A stretch of 64,000 nt of DNA from Verrucomicrobiota bacterium (lineage in GTDB: Bacteria; Verrucomicrobiota; Verrucomicrobiia; Verrucomicrobiales; V1-33): positions 85,845 through 149,844 of the forward strand of contig JAZKDC010000027.1 of the NCBI GenBank assembly GCA_040387795.1, given 5' to 3'. The notes below the pieces were generated by a model. It made no database searches. It saw only the letters and a program-made list of their open reading frames with translations, and was not told the origin of the DNA. Below, piece by piece: positions 1-8,376 of the stretch. The translations under genes and the position numbers were made by a program. Position 1 is the first letter of the stretch. The number at the start of each line of letters is the position of its first letter.

Positions 1-1124
1 ATCGGAACGAAGGAAAGCTGCGACGTGCCGGAAGGAACCTGCACCGGCCCTACGGCGTCCAGCACCCGGCCGTCCGCCAGCCACTGCCGCGCCTCGGCCC
101 GCAGCGCCGGGTAGACTTCGATCTCCGCCAGTTGTGGTTGATCCCCTGCCCCTCCTTCCACCCGGATCATCAGCATCCTTCCGGCAAACTCGCCCGTCCC
201 ATCCCCGGCCCGCAGCACCTCCACCGCCGGCCGGGCCTGATCCGCCGACCGCCTCGCCCGCCACCCAGCTCCACTGGATTCGGTCAGCAATGCCACCTCA
301 TACCCCTCGGGCGGAGGCACCGCACCCGGCCCCTGACGCCGCCGCACCACCACATGATCCAAGGCCGTGGTCTGGCCGAGATCCATCTGGAAAAAGCCCT
401 CTGCCACCCCTTCCAGCCGCTCCGGCTGCGACCAGGTGGCATGGAATCCATCCGTCAGATTCCGCGAAGGCAATCCTGGCTGAACCTGGCGCGAACAATA
501 CACCAGCCGCCCCAGGGCCAGATTGGTGGACCGCGGCACATCCGCCTCCACCCGGAATCCACCCAGCAAAAATCCACCATCCGGACCACGGCCGATCCGC
601 GGCATTCCCCCATCCCCGCTTTCCGGAAAAATCCGGAGCCGGAACCCCGTGATCCCATCGAATGGCACCCTTGCCCTCAACGTCAGCACCAAAGGCGTCA
701 CCCGCCGGTCCAGCACCACCGTTGGCGTCGCGGCCACCGCAAAATCAGGATCGGACACACTGGTCGTTTCAAGGATCAACGGCATCCACCGTCCCTCCAG
801 CGCCGGCACGGCATCGGTCGTCACATCCACCCCGAATCTCCCGAAATAATCCTCTGGGTCCGGCCCCGGAAACTCCAGCTCCATCAGCAACTGCCCGGCG
901 GAAACCGGGACTTCCGGCACAAACACCGCAAAGTGTTCCTGGCTCAGGGCATCGCCTCCCGGGCGCCACCCCTTCCCCGCCCGCACCGGAAGTTCCATCA
1001 CTGCCTCCAGCGGAAATCCCGGGACCGCAGCTGCGGACGCCGCCACCGGCCGCACCCGCACCGGCACCGCCCCCGCCAGCGGACAGAACCCTGTGGTCAA
1101 AAGCAGCAGCCAGCATTTCGTCAT
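1..1124 (-). CDS. Secreted hypothetical protein. It is truncated at the window start, with the C-terminus outside the window.
   Basis: Manual reverse-complement translation of the frame antisense to track ORF 132..1229 gives protein-like sequence: MTKCWLLLLTTGFCPLAGA... (signal peptide) ...QPQLAEIEVYPALRAEARQWLADGRVLDAVGPVQVPSGTSQLSFVPI. It runs from ATG at 1124 to the window edge with no stop. The minus-strand stop upstream is at 1163..1161. The track does not list edge-truncated ORFs. Track ORF 132..1229 is its antisense shadow. Confidence 0.55.
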   Translation of the reverse strand, partial: MTKCWLLLLTTGFCPLAGAVPVRVRPVAASAAAVPGFPLEAVMELPVRAGKGWRPGGDALSQEHFAVFVPEVPVSAGQLLMELEFPGPDPEDYFGRFGVDVTTDAVPALEGRWMPLILETTSVSDPDFAVAATPTVVLDRRVTPLVLTLRARVPFDGITGFRLRIFPESGDGGMPRIGRGPDGGFLLGGFRVEADVPRSTNLALGRLVYCSRQVQPGLPSRNLTDGFHATWSQPERLEGVAEGFFQMDLGQTTALDHVVVRRRQGPGAVPPPEGYEVALLTESSGAGWRARRSADQARPAVEVLRAGDGTGEFAGRMLMIRVEGGAGDQPQLAEIEVYPALRAEARQWLADGRVLDAVGPVQVPSGTSQLSFVP

Positions 1125-1236
1125 GCCGCCTTGTCCCATAAAACCCGCCACCGCGTCCAGTCAGGAGTTCACCCGCGCCCGGAAGCCCGCGCCGGCAACC
1201 CAGGAAATCCTGGCGGGATCTTCGCGTGAAATCCCG

Positions 1237-2076
1237 CTAGGCCCGGCGGACGATGGCTTCGATCTGCCCATGGGGCTCATCGGTGGGGAGGAAGACCTCC
1301 CCGGCGTTTTCCCGGCCGAAAGGAGAGAGGTCGATCGGAAGATAGTGCTTGTTGGGCAGCTTCAGGGTGAGATGGGACAGGCCCGGAACCGCTTCGAGCG
1401 CGGCTTCGCCCATCTGGAAGAGGGTGCGCTGCACGGACGGGCTCCACGTGGTGGCATAGATGCGGAGAATGGCCTCCAGCACGGCAGCATTGGCCGCCGG
1501 GCCCGCTGTGACAGGGCTGGTATGGGTCCAGCTGGCCTCAATGCTGGTGGCCATGATGCGGTCGGCGGTTTCCGGCAGGGTGGTGAAATCACACTTCGGA
1601 TAACCGGCAAAACCGGATTCGGTGGTTTTCATCACCAGCAGGCCGGTGATGCCGGAGGAAATCACCACGACATCCCGCGTGCGGTGCAACGAGACGGTAG
1701 GATGGCCCTGCCCGCGGTCCACAAAGCTGTGCGCATGGGGCTGGCCACCAATCTGCATGCGCTGCCAGACCCGCTCGGACAGGTCCACATCCACGCCGGT
1801 GACATGGGCATATTTAATCAGAAAATGCTCCGAGATCTGCAGGGCGAAGGCCTCACTGTCTTCCGTCAGGAGATCCTTGGCGAGCACGTGGATGGTGTTC
1901 TTCACGGTATCGGTCGGAACCACCGGTGAATTGTCAGGTCCATAATGCGGTGCGGCAAACTCGCCATGCAGCAGGCAGCTGACCGTGAGTTCCTTGACGG
2001 CATGCCGGTCCGGCGTGCGGAAGACTTTGAGGACGCGGACGCGTTGCTTGCCGTAACGGTTTTCTGCGAGGATCAT
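1237..2076 (-). CDS. uox: Urate oxidase (uricase), tandem T-fold.
   Basis: ILAENRYGKQRVRVLKV... matches the uricase N-terminal YGK motif region, and the ~280-aa length fits the two-T-fold uricase family. The start is taken at the internal ATG (MILAEN, 2076) rather than the ORF-track ATG at 2124. This leaves a 62-bp divergent promoter gap to the OHCU decarboxylase gene. The alternative start at 2124 is not excluded. Confidence 0.8.
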   Translation of the reverse strand: MILAENRYGKQRVRVLKVFRTPDRHAVKELTVSCLLHGEFAAPHYGPDNSPVVPTDTVKNTIHVLAKDLLTEDSEAFALQISEHFLIKYAHVTGVDVDLSERVWQRMQIGGQPHAHSFVDRGQGHPTVSLHRTRDVVVISSGITGLLVMKTTESGFAGYPKCDFTTLPETADRIMATSIEASWTHTSPVTAGPAANAAVLEAILRIYATTWSPSVQRTLFQMGEAALEAVPGLSHLTLKLPNKHYLPIDLSPFGRENAGEVFLPTDEPHGQIEAIVRRA

Positions 2077-2138
2077 AAGCTGGTAATTGCAGGGTGTGAT
2101 GCTACCATGGCACAGATTCAGCAATAGTCGCGCCGCGC

Positions 2139-2657
2139 ATGAAACGAACTCCCGCCGAACTCAACGCCCTGCCGGCTGCGGAATTCACCGCGCTGCTGGG
2201 CGGAGTGTATGAGCATTCGCCGTGGATCGCGGAAAAAGCCGCCGGCCGCCGGCCCTTTGCGGCTCTGACTGAGCTGAAGGCAGCGCTGCAGGACGTGGTG
2301 GATGCCGCGCCGGAAGAGGCCCAGCTGGCCCTGATCCGCGCCCATCCGGATCTGGCCGGGAAGCTGGCGCGCCTCGGCCAGCTGACGCCGGAATCCACCC
2401 GCGAGCAAACCGCCGCTGGCCTGGACGCGATGTCACCCGGGCAGTTGCAGGCCCTGACTTCCGCCAACCAATCCTATCACGCCAAATTCGGTTTTCCTTT
2501 CATCATCTGCGCCCGCCGGCATTCGACAGAATCCATCCTCGAAGCCATCGCGGACCGCCTCCAGCACGATGCCGCCACGGAACGGGCGGCGGCTCTGGAG
2601 GAAATCCACCACATCGCCCAACTCCGTCTCGACGACCTGATATGTCCGGAAAACTGA
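2139..2657 (+). CDS. uraD: OHCU decarboxylase (2-oxo-4-hydroxy-4-carboxy-5-ureidoimidazoline decarboxylase).
   Basis: The 172-aa protein has [13 protein letters not shown] (the family AHP motif) and SPWIAEKAA, and the size is typical of UraD. It sits divergent to uricase and upstream of HIU hydrolase. Confidence 0.8.
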   Translation: MKRTPAELNALPAAEFTALLGGVYEHSPWIAEKAAGRRPFAALTELKAALQDVVDAAPEEAQLALIRAHPDLAGKLARLGQLTPESTREQTAAGLDAMSPGQLQALTSANQSYHAKFGFPFIICARRHSTESILEAIADRLQHDAATERAAALEEIHHIAQLRLDDLICPEN

Positions 2658-2992
2658 CCACCCACGTGCTGGATACCGCCCATGGCCGCCCGGCCAACGG
2701 CATGACCATCGATCTGATCGATCTGGCCACCGGCGGATTGATCACCACCATCCTGACCAATGTGGATGGCCGGGCGGATACCCCGCTGTTGTCAGGCGAA
2801 GCCATGCAGCCCGGATGGTATGAACTGCGGTTCCATGCCGGCCTCTATTTCGCGGAGATGGGCCTGCGCCTGCCGGACCCGCCGTTCCTGGATGTGATTC
2901 CGGTGCGGTTCGGGGTCGCGGATACGGAGGGGAATTACCACGTGCCACTGCTGGTCTCGCCCTGGGCCTATTCCACCTATCGCGGCTCATGA
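2642..2992 (+). CDS. uraH: 5-hydroxyisourate hydrolase (transthyretin-like).
   Basis: The 116-aa protein carries the C-terminal YRGS signature and [11 protein letters not shown], typical of the HIU hydrolase/transthyretin family. It overlaps uraD by 16 nt. Confidence 0.85.
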   Translation: MSGKLTTHVLDTAHGRPANGMTIDLIDLATGGLITTILTNVDGRADTPLLSGEAMQPGWYELRFHAGLYFAEMGLRLPDPPFLDVIPVRFGVADTEGNYHVPLLVSPWAYSTYRGS

Positions 2993-4224
2993 GAAATCCT
3001 GTCATCGACTTTGCAGCCAAGGCCCGGCAACTGGCGGACCGTCTGGAGGAACTGGGCCAGGTCTCGGATGAACCCGGGCGCCTCGTGCGCACCTTTCTGT
3101 CCCCGGCCTCCCTGCGGGCCAACGCGCTGGTCGGCGGCTGGATGCGGGAGGCCGGGCTTGGGGTCCGGGAGGATGCGTTTGGCAATCTCACCGGCACCCG
3201 GCCGGGCCCGGCAGGATCGCGCACCCTGGTGATAGGATCACACCTGGACACCGTGGTGGACGCCGGGCGTTTTGATGGCCCGGCCGGGGTCCTGCTTGGC
3301 ATTGCGGTGGCGGAAGCCTTGCCGGAGCTACCGTTCACGTTGGAGGTAGCCGGGTTTTCCGACGAGGAGGGCGTGCGGTTTCAAAGCACCTATCTGGGCA
3401 GCCGGGCCTACGCCGGCCTGATCACGGAGGAGGAACTGGCCCTTCGGGATGCGGAAGGAATTTCCGTCGGGGAACTGGTGGCTGCCCGCCGGGCGGCGGG
3501 GTTTCCTGACCAGCCGGCGGCGGCTCCGGATCTCCTGGGCTATCTGGAAGTCCATATTGAGCAGGGGCCGGTGCTGGAAGCGGCCGGCCTGCCCGTGGCA
3601 GTGGTGCCGGGCATCGCGGGGCAGACCCGGATTCTGGCAGGATTCACCGGCAAGGCGGGCCATGCGGGCACCACGCCCATGGCGCTGCGCCACGATGCCC
3701 TGACCGCCGCCGCCCGCGTGGTATTGGAAGCGGAAAGACTGGCGATGAAGCAGCCCCCGCTGCTGGCCACCGTGGGGAAACTGGAAGTGAAGCCGGGAGC
3801 GGGCAATGTGATCCCCGGACAGGTGACCTTTACGTTGGACGTGCGCCACCCGGACGATACCGCCCGGGAAAGTGCTATCACGGCGCTCCATGACTATGGG
3901 GAAACGCTGGCCTTGGAGCGCGGGCTGGCATGGCATTGGGAGATCAAACAGAACCATCCCGCCATGGCCTGTGACCCTGTCCTGATTTCATTGCTGGGCG
4001 CGGCAGTGGCGGCGGGCCAGGACGAGGTGCCTGCGATTTTCAGCGGGGCGGGGCACGACGCCGCGGTGATGGCCGCGGTCTGTCCGTCAGCCATGCTCTT
4101 TATCCGGTGCCGCGGGGGACTGAGTCATCACCCTGACGAATACGCCTCGCCCGCCGATCTCGCCGCAGCCCTGGAAGCAGCGGTCCGTTTTGTGCTGTCT
4201 CTAGCCGCCCACTCCCATGTTTGA
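2989..4224 (+). CDS. allC: Allantoate amidohydrolase / N-carbamoyl-amino-acid amidohydrolase (M20/M25/M40 family).
   Basis: The 411-aa protein has M20-family metal-ligand motifs (GSHLDTV, GFSDEEG, GAGHDA) and sits in a purine-catabolism context. Its start overlaps the uraH stop (ATGA). Confidence 0.75.
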   Translation: MRNPVIDFAAKARQLADRLEELGQVSDEPGRLVRTFLSPASLRANALVGGWMREAGLGVREDAFGNLTGTRPGPAGSRTLVIGSHLDTVVDAGRFDGPAGVLLGIAVAEALPELPFTLEVAGFSDEEGVRFQSTYLGSRAYAGLITEEELALRDAEGISVGELVAARRAAGFPDQPAAAPDLLGYLEVHIEQGPVLEAAGLPVAVVPGIAGQTRILAGFTGKAGHAGTTPMALRHDALTAAARVVLEAERLAMKQPPLLATVGKLEVKPGAGNVIPGQVTFTLDVRHPDDTARESAITALHDYGETLALERGLAWHWEIKQNHPAMACDPVLISLLGAAVAAGQDEVPAIFSGAGHDAAVMAAVCPSAMLFIRCRGGLSHHPDEYASPADLAAALEAAVRFVLSLAAHSHV

Positions 4225-5551
4225 CCTCCTGATCCATCACGCCGACACGCCGGACGGACTCTGTGATATTGCGGTCGCGGACGGCATGATCGTGGAAACC
4301 GGCCCTGCCCTGACCGGCCGCGCCCACGAAACCATCGACGCCTCCGGCCTGATGGTTTGGCCGGGATTTATCGATGCCCATGTGCACTTCAATGAGCCCG
4401 GCCGGACGGATTGGGAAGGTCTGGCCACCGGATCACGGGCGCTGGCCGCCGGGGGAGGCACGGCGTTTTTTGATATGCCCCTGAACTCCTCGCCCCCGAC
4501 CGCCAACGTGGCGGCACTGGCGGAAAAGCGGCGCTGTGCGGAGGCGGAGTCCGTGTTGGATTTCGGGCTCTGGGGCGCCCTGATTCCCGGCAATGAGGAG
4601 GACTTGGAACCCTTGGCGGAGGCTGGTGTGATTGGCTTCAAGGCCTTTATGTCGGATAGTGGGATCGACGAATTTCCCAGCGCGGAGGCGGCGGTGCTGC
4701 GGGCGGGGATGAAGCGCGCTTCGGCCTGCGGGCGGTTGGTGGCAGTGCACGCCGAAGACCGGGAACTGACCCGTCGGCTGGCGGCGGAAGCCAGAGCGGC
4801 CGGCCGGACTTCGGTCAGGGACTATCTGGATTCCCGGCCCGTCCAGGCAGAACTGAACGCCATCATTCTGGCCTCCGAGCTGGCCGGGGAAACCGGCTGC
4901 CCCCTGCACATTGTCCATGTCAGCTCTCCGGAAGGCCTGGCCATGATTGCTTCGGCACGGGCGGCCGGAGTGGATGTGACGGCCGAGACCTGCCCTCATT
5001 ATCTGCTCTTCAATGACAAGGATGGAGAGCGGATCGGCGCCCTGGCCAAGTGTGCCCCGCCGCTGCGCGATGAGGCGAGGCGGTTGGCGATGTGGCAGGC
5101 CCTGGCCGCAGGGGCTGTGCAAACTATCGGCACCGACCATTCTCCGGCTCCGATGGAACTGAAGCAATCAGCGGACTTTTTCAACGTATGGGGCGGCATC
5201 GCGGGCTGCCAGCATGGGTTTCCGCTGACGATTGCCGCCGGCTTGCAGGACCATGGCCTGACGGCGGCGGAGCTGTCCCCGCTGCTGAGCGGGAATGTGG
5301 CGGCGCGGTTCGGTCTGGCCGGCCGCAAAGGCAGGATCGCGGTAAACCACGAAGCCGATCTGGTGTTTTTGCGAAACGGCGTGGCCGACCGGATCGTGCC
5401 GGAGGCCTTGCTGACGAGGCATCCCTTGAGCGCCTACACCGGCCTGACCAACCGTTGCCGGGTGGTCCGCACCATTCTGAGGGGCCAGACCGTCTGGCCC
5501 CTGCCGGAAGGCACCCCGGCGCGGGGCGGACGATGGCTCCGGCCGGCATGA
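4217..5551 (+). CDS. allB: Allantoinase (cyclic amidohydrolase, dihydroorotase/hydantoinase superfamily).
   Basis: The 444-aa protein has GFIDAHVHFNEPGRTDWEG (the HxH metal motif of the amidohydrolase superfamily) and sits in the purine context. It overlaps allC by 8 nt. Confidence 0.75.
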   Translation: MFDLLIHHADTPDGLCDIAVADGMIVETGPALTGRAHETIDASGLMVWPGFIDAHVHFNEPGRTDWEGLATGSRALAAGGGTAFFDMPLNSSPPTANVAALAEKRRCAEAESVLDFGLWGALIPGNEEDLEPLAEAGVIGFKAFMSDSGIDEFPSAEAAVLRAGMKRASACGRLVAVHAEDRELTRRLAAEARAAGRTSVRDYLDSRPVQAELNAIILASELAGETGCPLHIVHVSSPEGLAMIASARAAGVDVTAETCPHYLLFNDKDGERIGALAKCAPPLRDEARRLAMWQALAAGAVQTIGTDHSPAPMELKQSADFFNVWGGIAGCQHGFPLTIAAGLQDHGLTAAELSPLLSGNVAARFGLAGRKGRIAVNHEADLVFLRNGVADRIVPEALLTRHPLSAYTGLTNRCRVVRTILRGQTVWPLPEGTPARGGRWLRPA

Positions 5552-5587
5552 ATTGCGGACCTGTCACCTCAGTGGTGGCAGTGCAAA

Positions 5588-6532
5588 TCAGCTCAAGGCC
5601 CCGCCGCAACTGCTGCCGGCGCCCGCGGTGCAGCCGAGGCAGTGATTGGCGGTGAGGATGTCGCATTGACCGATGCTTTCCGGGGTGACATCCCAAAGAA
5701 ATAACTCCTTCCCATGGCGGAGCTGCATTCGCAGCATCTGGTTGAAATCGCAGTCAAAGACTTCGCCTGCCATGCCGATGCTGATGGTGCTGCGGCACAT
5801 CAGGCCATCGACCGTGGCGGGATTGAAGTTGTCCGCCAACAAATCCATGTAACTATCCCATTGTCCCGTTTCGCGCAGGTCAGCGGCAAAGCGGGCAATG
5901 GGCAGATTGGTGATGGTGAAGAGGCGCGTGAAGACGATGCCATAGCGTTTTGCCAGCTCCTCCCTGTAGTCCGCTTCGAGTTCCGCCTGATCCGGCGGCA
6001 GCCTGGGGCCAAGCGGATTATAGACCAGCGTGAGCGGCAGTTTCGTGCCGTAGCCCACCGCATTGAGCTTTTTCAGGGCGCGGATGCTGCGGCGGAAGAC
6101 ATCGTTTCCCCGCTGGGCGTCCACATTTTCCTCGAGATAACAGGGAAGCGAGGCCACCACTTCCACTTGGTGCTCCGCCAGGAATTCCGGCAGCCAGGCG
6201 TGGGACTTCGTTTCGATGATGGTGAGATTATTGCGGTCAATCACGTGGCAACCGGCGCTGCGGGCGGTCTCTACGAAATAGCGGAAGAACTCGCTGAGTT
6301 CCGGGGCACCGCCCGTGATGTCCACCGTGGCCGGACGGTATTGCCTGATCCACGCGCCCACCTTGTGCGCGGTGGATTCATCCATCATCTCCGTACGATG
6401 CGGCCCGGCATCCACATGGCAATGCGTGCAGGTCTGGTTGCACTTGCGCCCGACATTGATTTGCAGGGTTTGGAAGACCCCGCGTTTCAGCGGGACACCG
6501 TGCCTGGCGAGTTGTTCCTGGAATCGGTTCAT
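5588..6532 (-). CDS. arsS: Radical SAM / Cys-rich C-terminal domain protein (ArsS-like; rSAM-selenodomain family, Cys form).
   Basis: CNQTCTHC (CxxxCxxC radical SAM cluster motif) lies near the N-terminus. The C-terminal domain is Cys-rich: CRSTIS...CDILTANHCLGCTAGAGSSCGG. It is the last gene of the operon with the ArsM-like methyltransferase. Confidence 0.75.
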   Translation of the reverse strand: MNRFQEQLARHGVPLKRGVFQTLQINVGRKCNQTCTHCHVDAGPHRTEMMDESTAHKVGAWIRQYRPATVDITGGAPELSEFFRYFVETARSAGCHVIDRNNLTIIETKSHAWLPEFLAEHQVEVVASLPCYLEENVDAQRGNDVFRRSIRALKKLNAVGYGTKLPLTLVYNPLGPRLPPDQAELEADYREELAKRYGIVFTRLFTITNLPIARFAADLRETGQWDSYMDLLADNFNPATVDGLMCRSTISIGMAGEVFDCDFNQMLRMQLRHGKELFLWDVTPESIGQCDILTANHCLGCTAGAGSSCGGALS

Positions 6533-6567
6533 GACGGAAATGCTGGGGGATCACGGCAACCAACCAA

Positions 6568-7023
6568 TCAGATCCGTTGCTCCTCAATGTCGTAGACATC
6601 GAACCAGACATACACCGGGCGGTTTATGCGGATGAATTTGGGAATGTAACCTTCGAGGAAAAGCTGGAGTTCCGGGGGCATTTCGCAGGGGCGGGTATAA
6701 CGCATCTTATTGTTCCAGAGCACCCGTTCCGTTTCGTCGGTGATTTTCGAGTGGGAGGTGATCCATTCCGCCACTTCCCCATCGGTGGCACCGGTGGCGA
6801 CAAATTCCTGGAAGGCCCCGGAGTCGATGCCGGTGAAGTCGAAGAAGGTGCGGTCCAGCGGGCAATCGAAGTGATATTCGCCAGGGGTGCCGGCGGCGAC
6901 AGCCCGGCATTTATCGAGAGTGCGGGCCGCAGCAACGTAACCGGCGAGCATCTCCCGCGGACTGCGGGGGAAGGTGATGGTCAGATCAGGGGCGAGGAGT
7001 TGGAGTTTTTCGTGGGGTTTCAT
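6568..7023 (-). CDS. Conserved hypothetical protein (151 aa) embedded in the arsM-arsS operon.
   Basis: The sequence is protein-like with no transmembrane segment and no recognisable motif. The gaps are 35-45 bp to the flanking same-strand genes, so it is probably co-transcribed. Confidence 0.5.
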   Translation of the reverse strand: MKPHEKLQLLAPDLTITFPRSPREMLAGYVAAARTLDKCRAVAAGTPGEYHFDCPLDRTFFDFTGIDSGAFQEFVATGATDGEVAEWITSHSKITDETERVLWNNKMRYTRPCEMPPELQLFLEGYIPKFIRINRPVYVWFDVYDIEEQRI

Positions 7024-7068
7024 GGATTTGGGGAATAAGGGTTGGTTATTGATGGCTTCAGGCCCCGC

Positions 7069-8247
7069 TCAGCAGCAGTCCGCCCCCGCACCGCTGTCGC
7101 AGCAATTGGAAGCAGCGGTGGTGGCGTGGTAGTCGAGGCCCTTGGTTTCCCTGGGATGCCGCAGGCGGGTGGTGGTGCAGTCGAAGGGGACTGTGGTGTC
7201 GGCGGGGACTTCGAGGCGGGGTCCGATGAATTCGAAAAAGCTCCGGTAGGGGGCTTTGTTGTAAAGCTGGAAGGTTTTGTCGCAGACCGCGTAGCGTTTG
7301 CCGCGTTCCATGGCGTGTCCGTCGTCGTCGAGCACTTTGAGGAATGGGCCTTTGTAGATCACCGCCTGGTTGCGTTCGAAGCACGGCCCTTGTTTCCCTT
7401 TCCATGCCTGCACGGTGACACTGCGGAACTCGATGCCTTTCACGGTCTGCCATGGTGCGGCATCGCGTTTCAGGATCTCAATGCCGTAAAATCCAGCCTC
7501 CCGAAAGGCTTGCAGAAATCCATCCTCGGTGAAGGCCCCGCTGATGCAGCCACTCCAGAGGACGGGATCTTTCTGCAGGTCCATGGGAATTTCCTCATCA
7601 CTGACGATGTCCGAGATGACGGCCCGCCCGCCATCTTTAAGCACCCGGAAGATTTCCTCGAAGAGGCGGCGCTTGTGCTGCGAATCCACCAGATTGAGCA
7701 CACAATTGGACACCACCACATCCACCGAGTCCGTGGCGACCAGCGGATGTTTCATCCGCAGGTCACTGGCCAACTCATCGGCGGCCAGAAAGGAAGCGGC
7801 GTCCTTGATGGGACGTTTTTTCAATTCAGCGTCGAGGATTTCAAGATCAAGCGCCAGATCCTGGATGCGCCCCTTGCGGAACTCCACATTCGCAAACCCG
7901 GTGCGCTCCGCCACAATGGGGGCATTGCGCCGCGCCACTTCCAGCATGTCATCGGTCATGTCCACTCCAATGACTTTGCCCGCCGCGCCCACCACCTGCG
8001 CCGCGATAAAACAGATTTTCCCGGTACCGCTGCCAAGGTCGAGCACGGTCTCGCCGGGCTGGAGATACCTGGAGGGATCGCCGCAGCCATAATCTTTCTC
8101 GATGACTTCGGCCGGGATGATTTTCAGATACTGCGGATCGTAGTCCACCGGACAGCACAGGGCGGCCTCGGGTGCTTTGGCCGCGGCGGCGTAGCGCTCG
8201 CGGGTAGCGCTTTCGGCGGAAGGCGTGACAGAAGAGGAAGTGCTCAT
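7069..8247 (-). CDS. arsM: Arsenite SAM-methyltransferase-like protein (ArsM family, class I MTase).
   Basis: The SAM-binding motif VLDLGSGTGKICFIAAQVVG is present. Conserved Cys pairs are ALCCPVDYDP and DYGCGDP at the N-terminus, and a C-terminal Cys cluster NCCDSGAGADCC. The 392-aa size and the adjacency to the ArsS-like rSAM gene are typical of the arsenosugar ArsM/ArsS pair. Confidence 0.8.
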   Translation of the reverse strand: MSTSSSVTPSAESATRERYAAAAKAPEAALCCPVDYDPQYLKIIPAEVIEKDYGCGDPSRYLQPGETVLDLGSGTGKICFIAAQVVGAAGKVIGVDMTDDMLEVARRNAPIVAERTGFANVEFRKGRIQDLALDLEILDAELKKRPIKDAASFLAADELASDLRMKHPLVATDSVDVVVSNCVLNLVDSQHKRRLFEEIFRVLKDGGRAVISDIVSDEEIPMDLQKDPVLWSGCISGAFTEDGFLQAFREAGFYGIEILKRDAAPWQTVKGIEFRSVTVQAWKGKQGPCFERNQAVIYKGPFLKVLDDDGHAMERGKRYAVCDKTFQLYNKAPYRSFFEFIGPRLEVPADTTVPFDCTTTRLRHPRETKGLDYHATTAASNCCDSGAGADCC

Positions 8248-8376
8248 GGGCGGGTTGAAAAGGGAGGACGGTCTCCGGGCATGCCACCCGGAGTCATTGA
8301 TGGATTAACGGGATTTTATCCGGCTCCCAAACATTTTTGTTGCGAACCTCCGGCGGCGGCTTCGCGCGTGGATCCT

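Noticed and set aside
132-1229. 365-aa plus-strand ORF, together with overlapping ORFs 134..652, 523..849, 662..1141 and 769..1116.
   Set aside because: The products are Pro/Arg/His-rich nonsense. Manual translation shows the real gene is on the minus strand in the codon-aligned antisense frame (signal peptide MTKCWLLLL..., continuing past the window start). These are high-GC shadow ORFs.
5555-5587. Hairpin ctgtcacc-tcagt-ggtggcag between the convergent allantoinase and rSAM genes, considered as a bidirectional terminator.
   Set aside because: The stem is only 8 bp with a G-U pair and is not followed by a U-run on either strand. It is possibly structural but cannot be called a rho-independent terminator from sequence alone.
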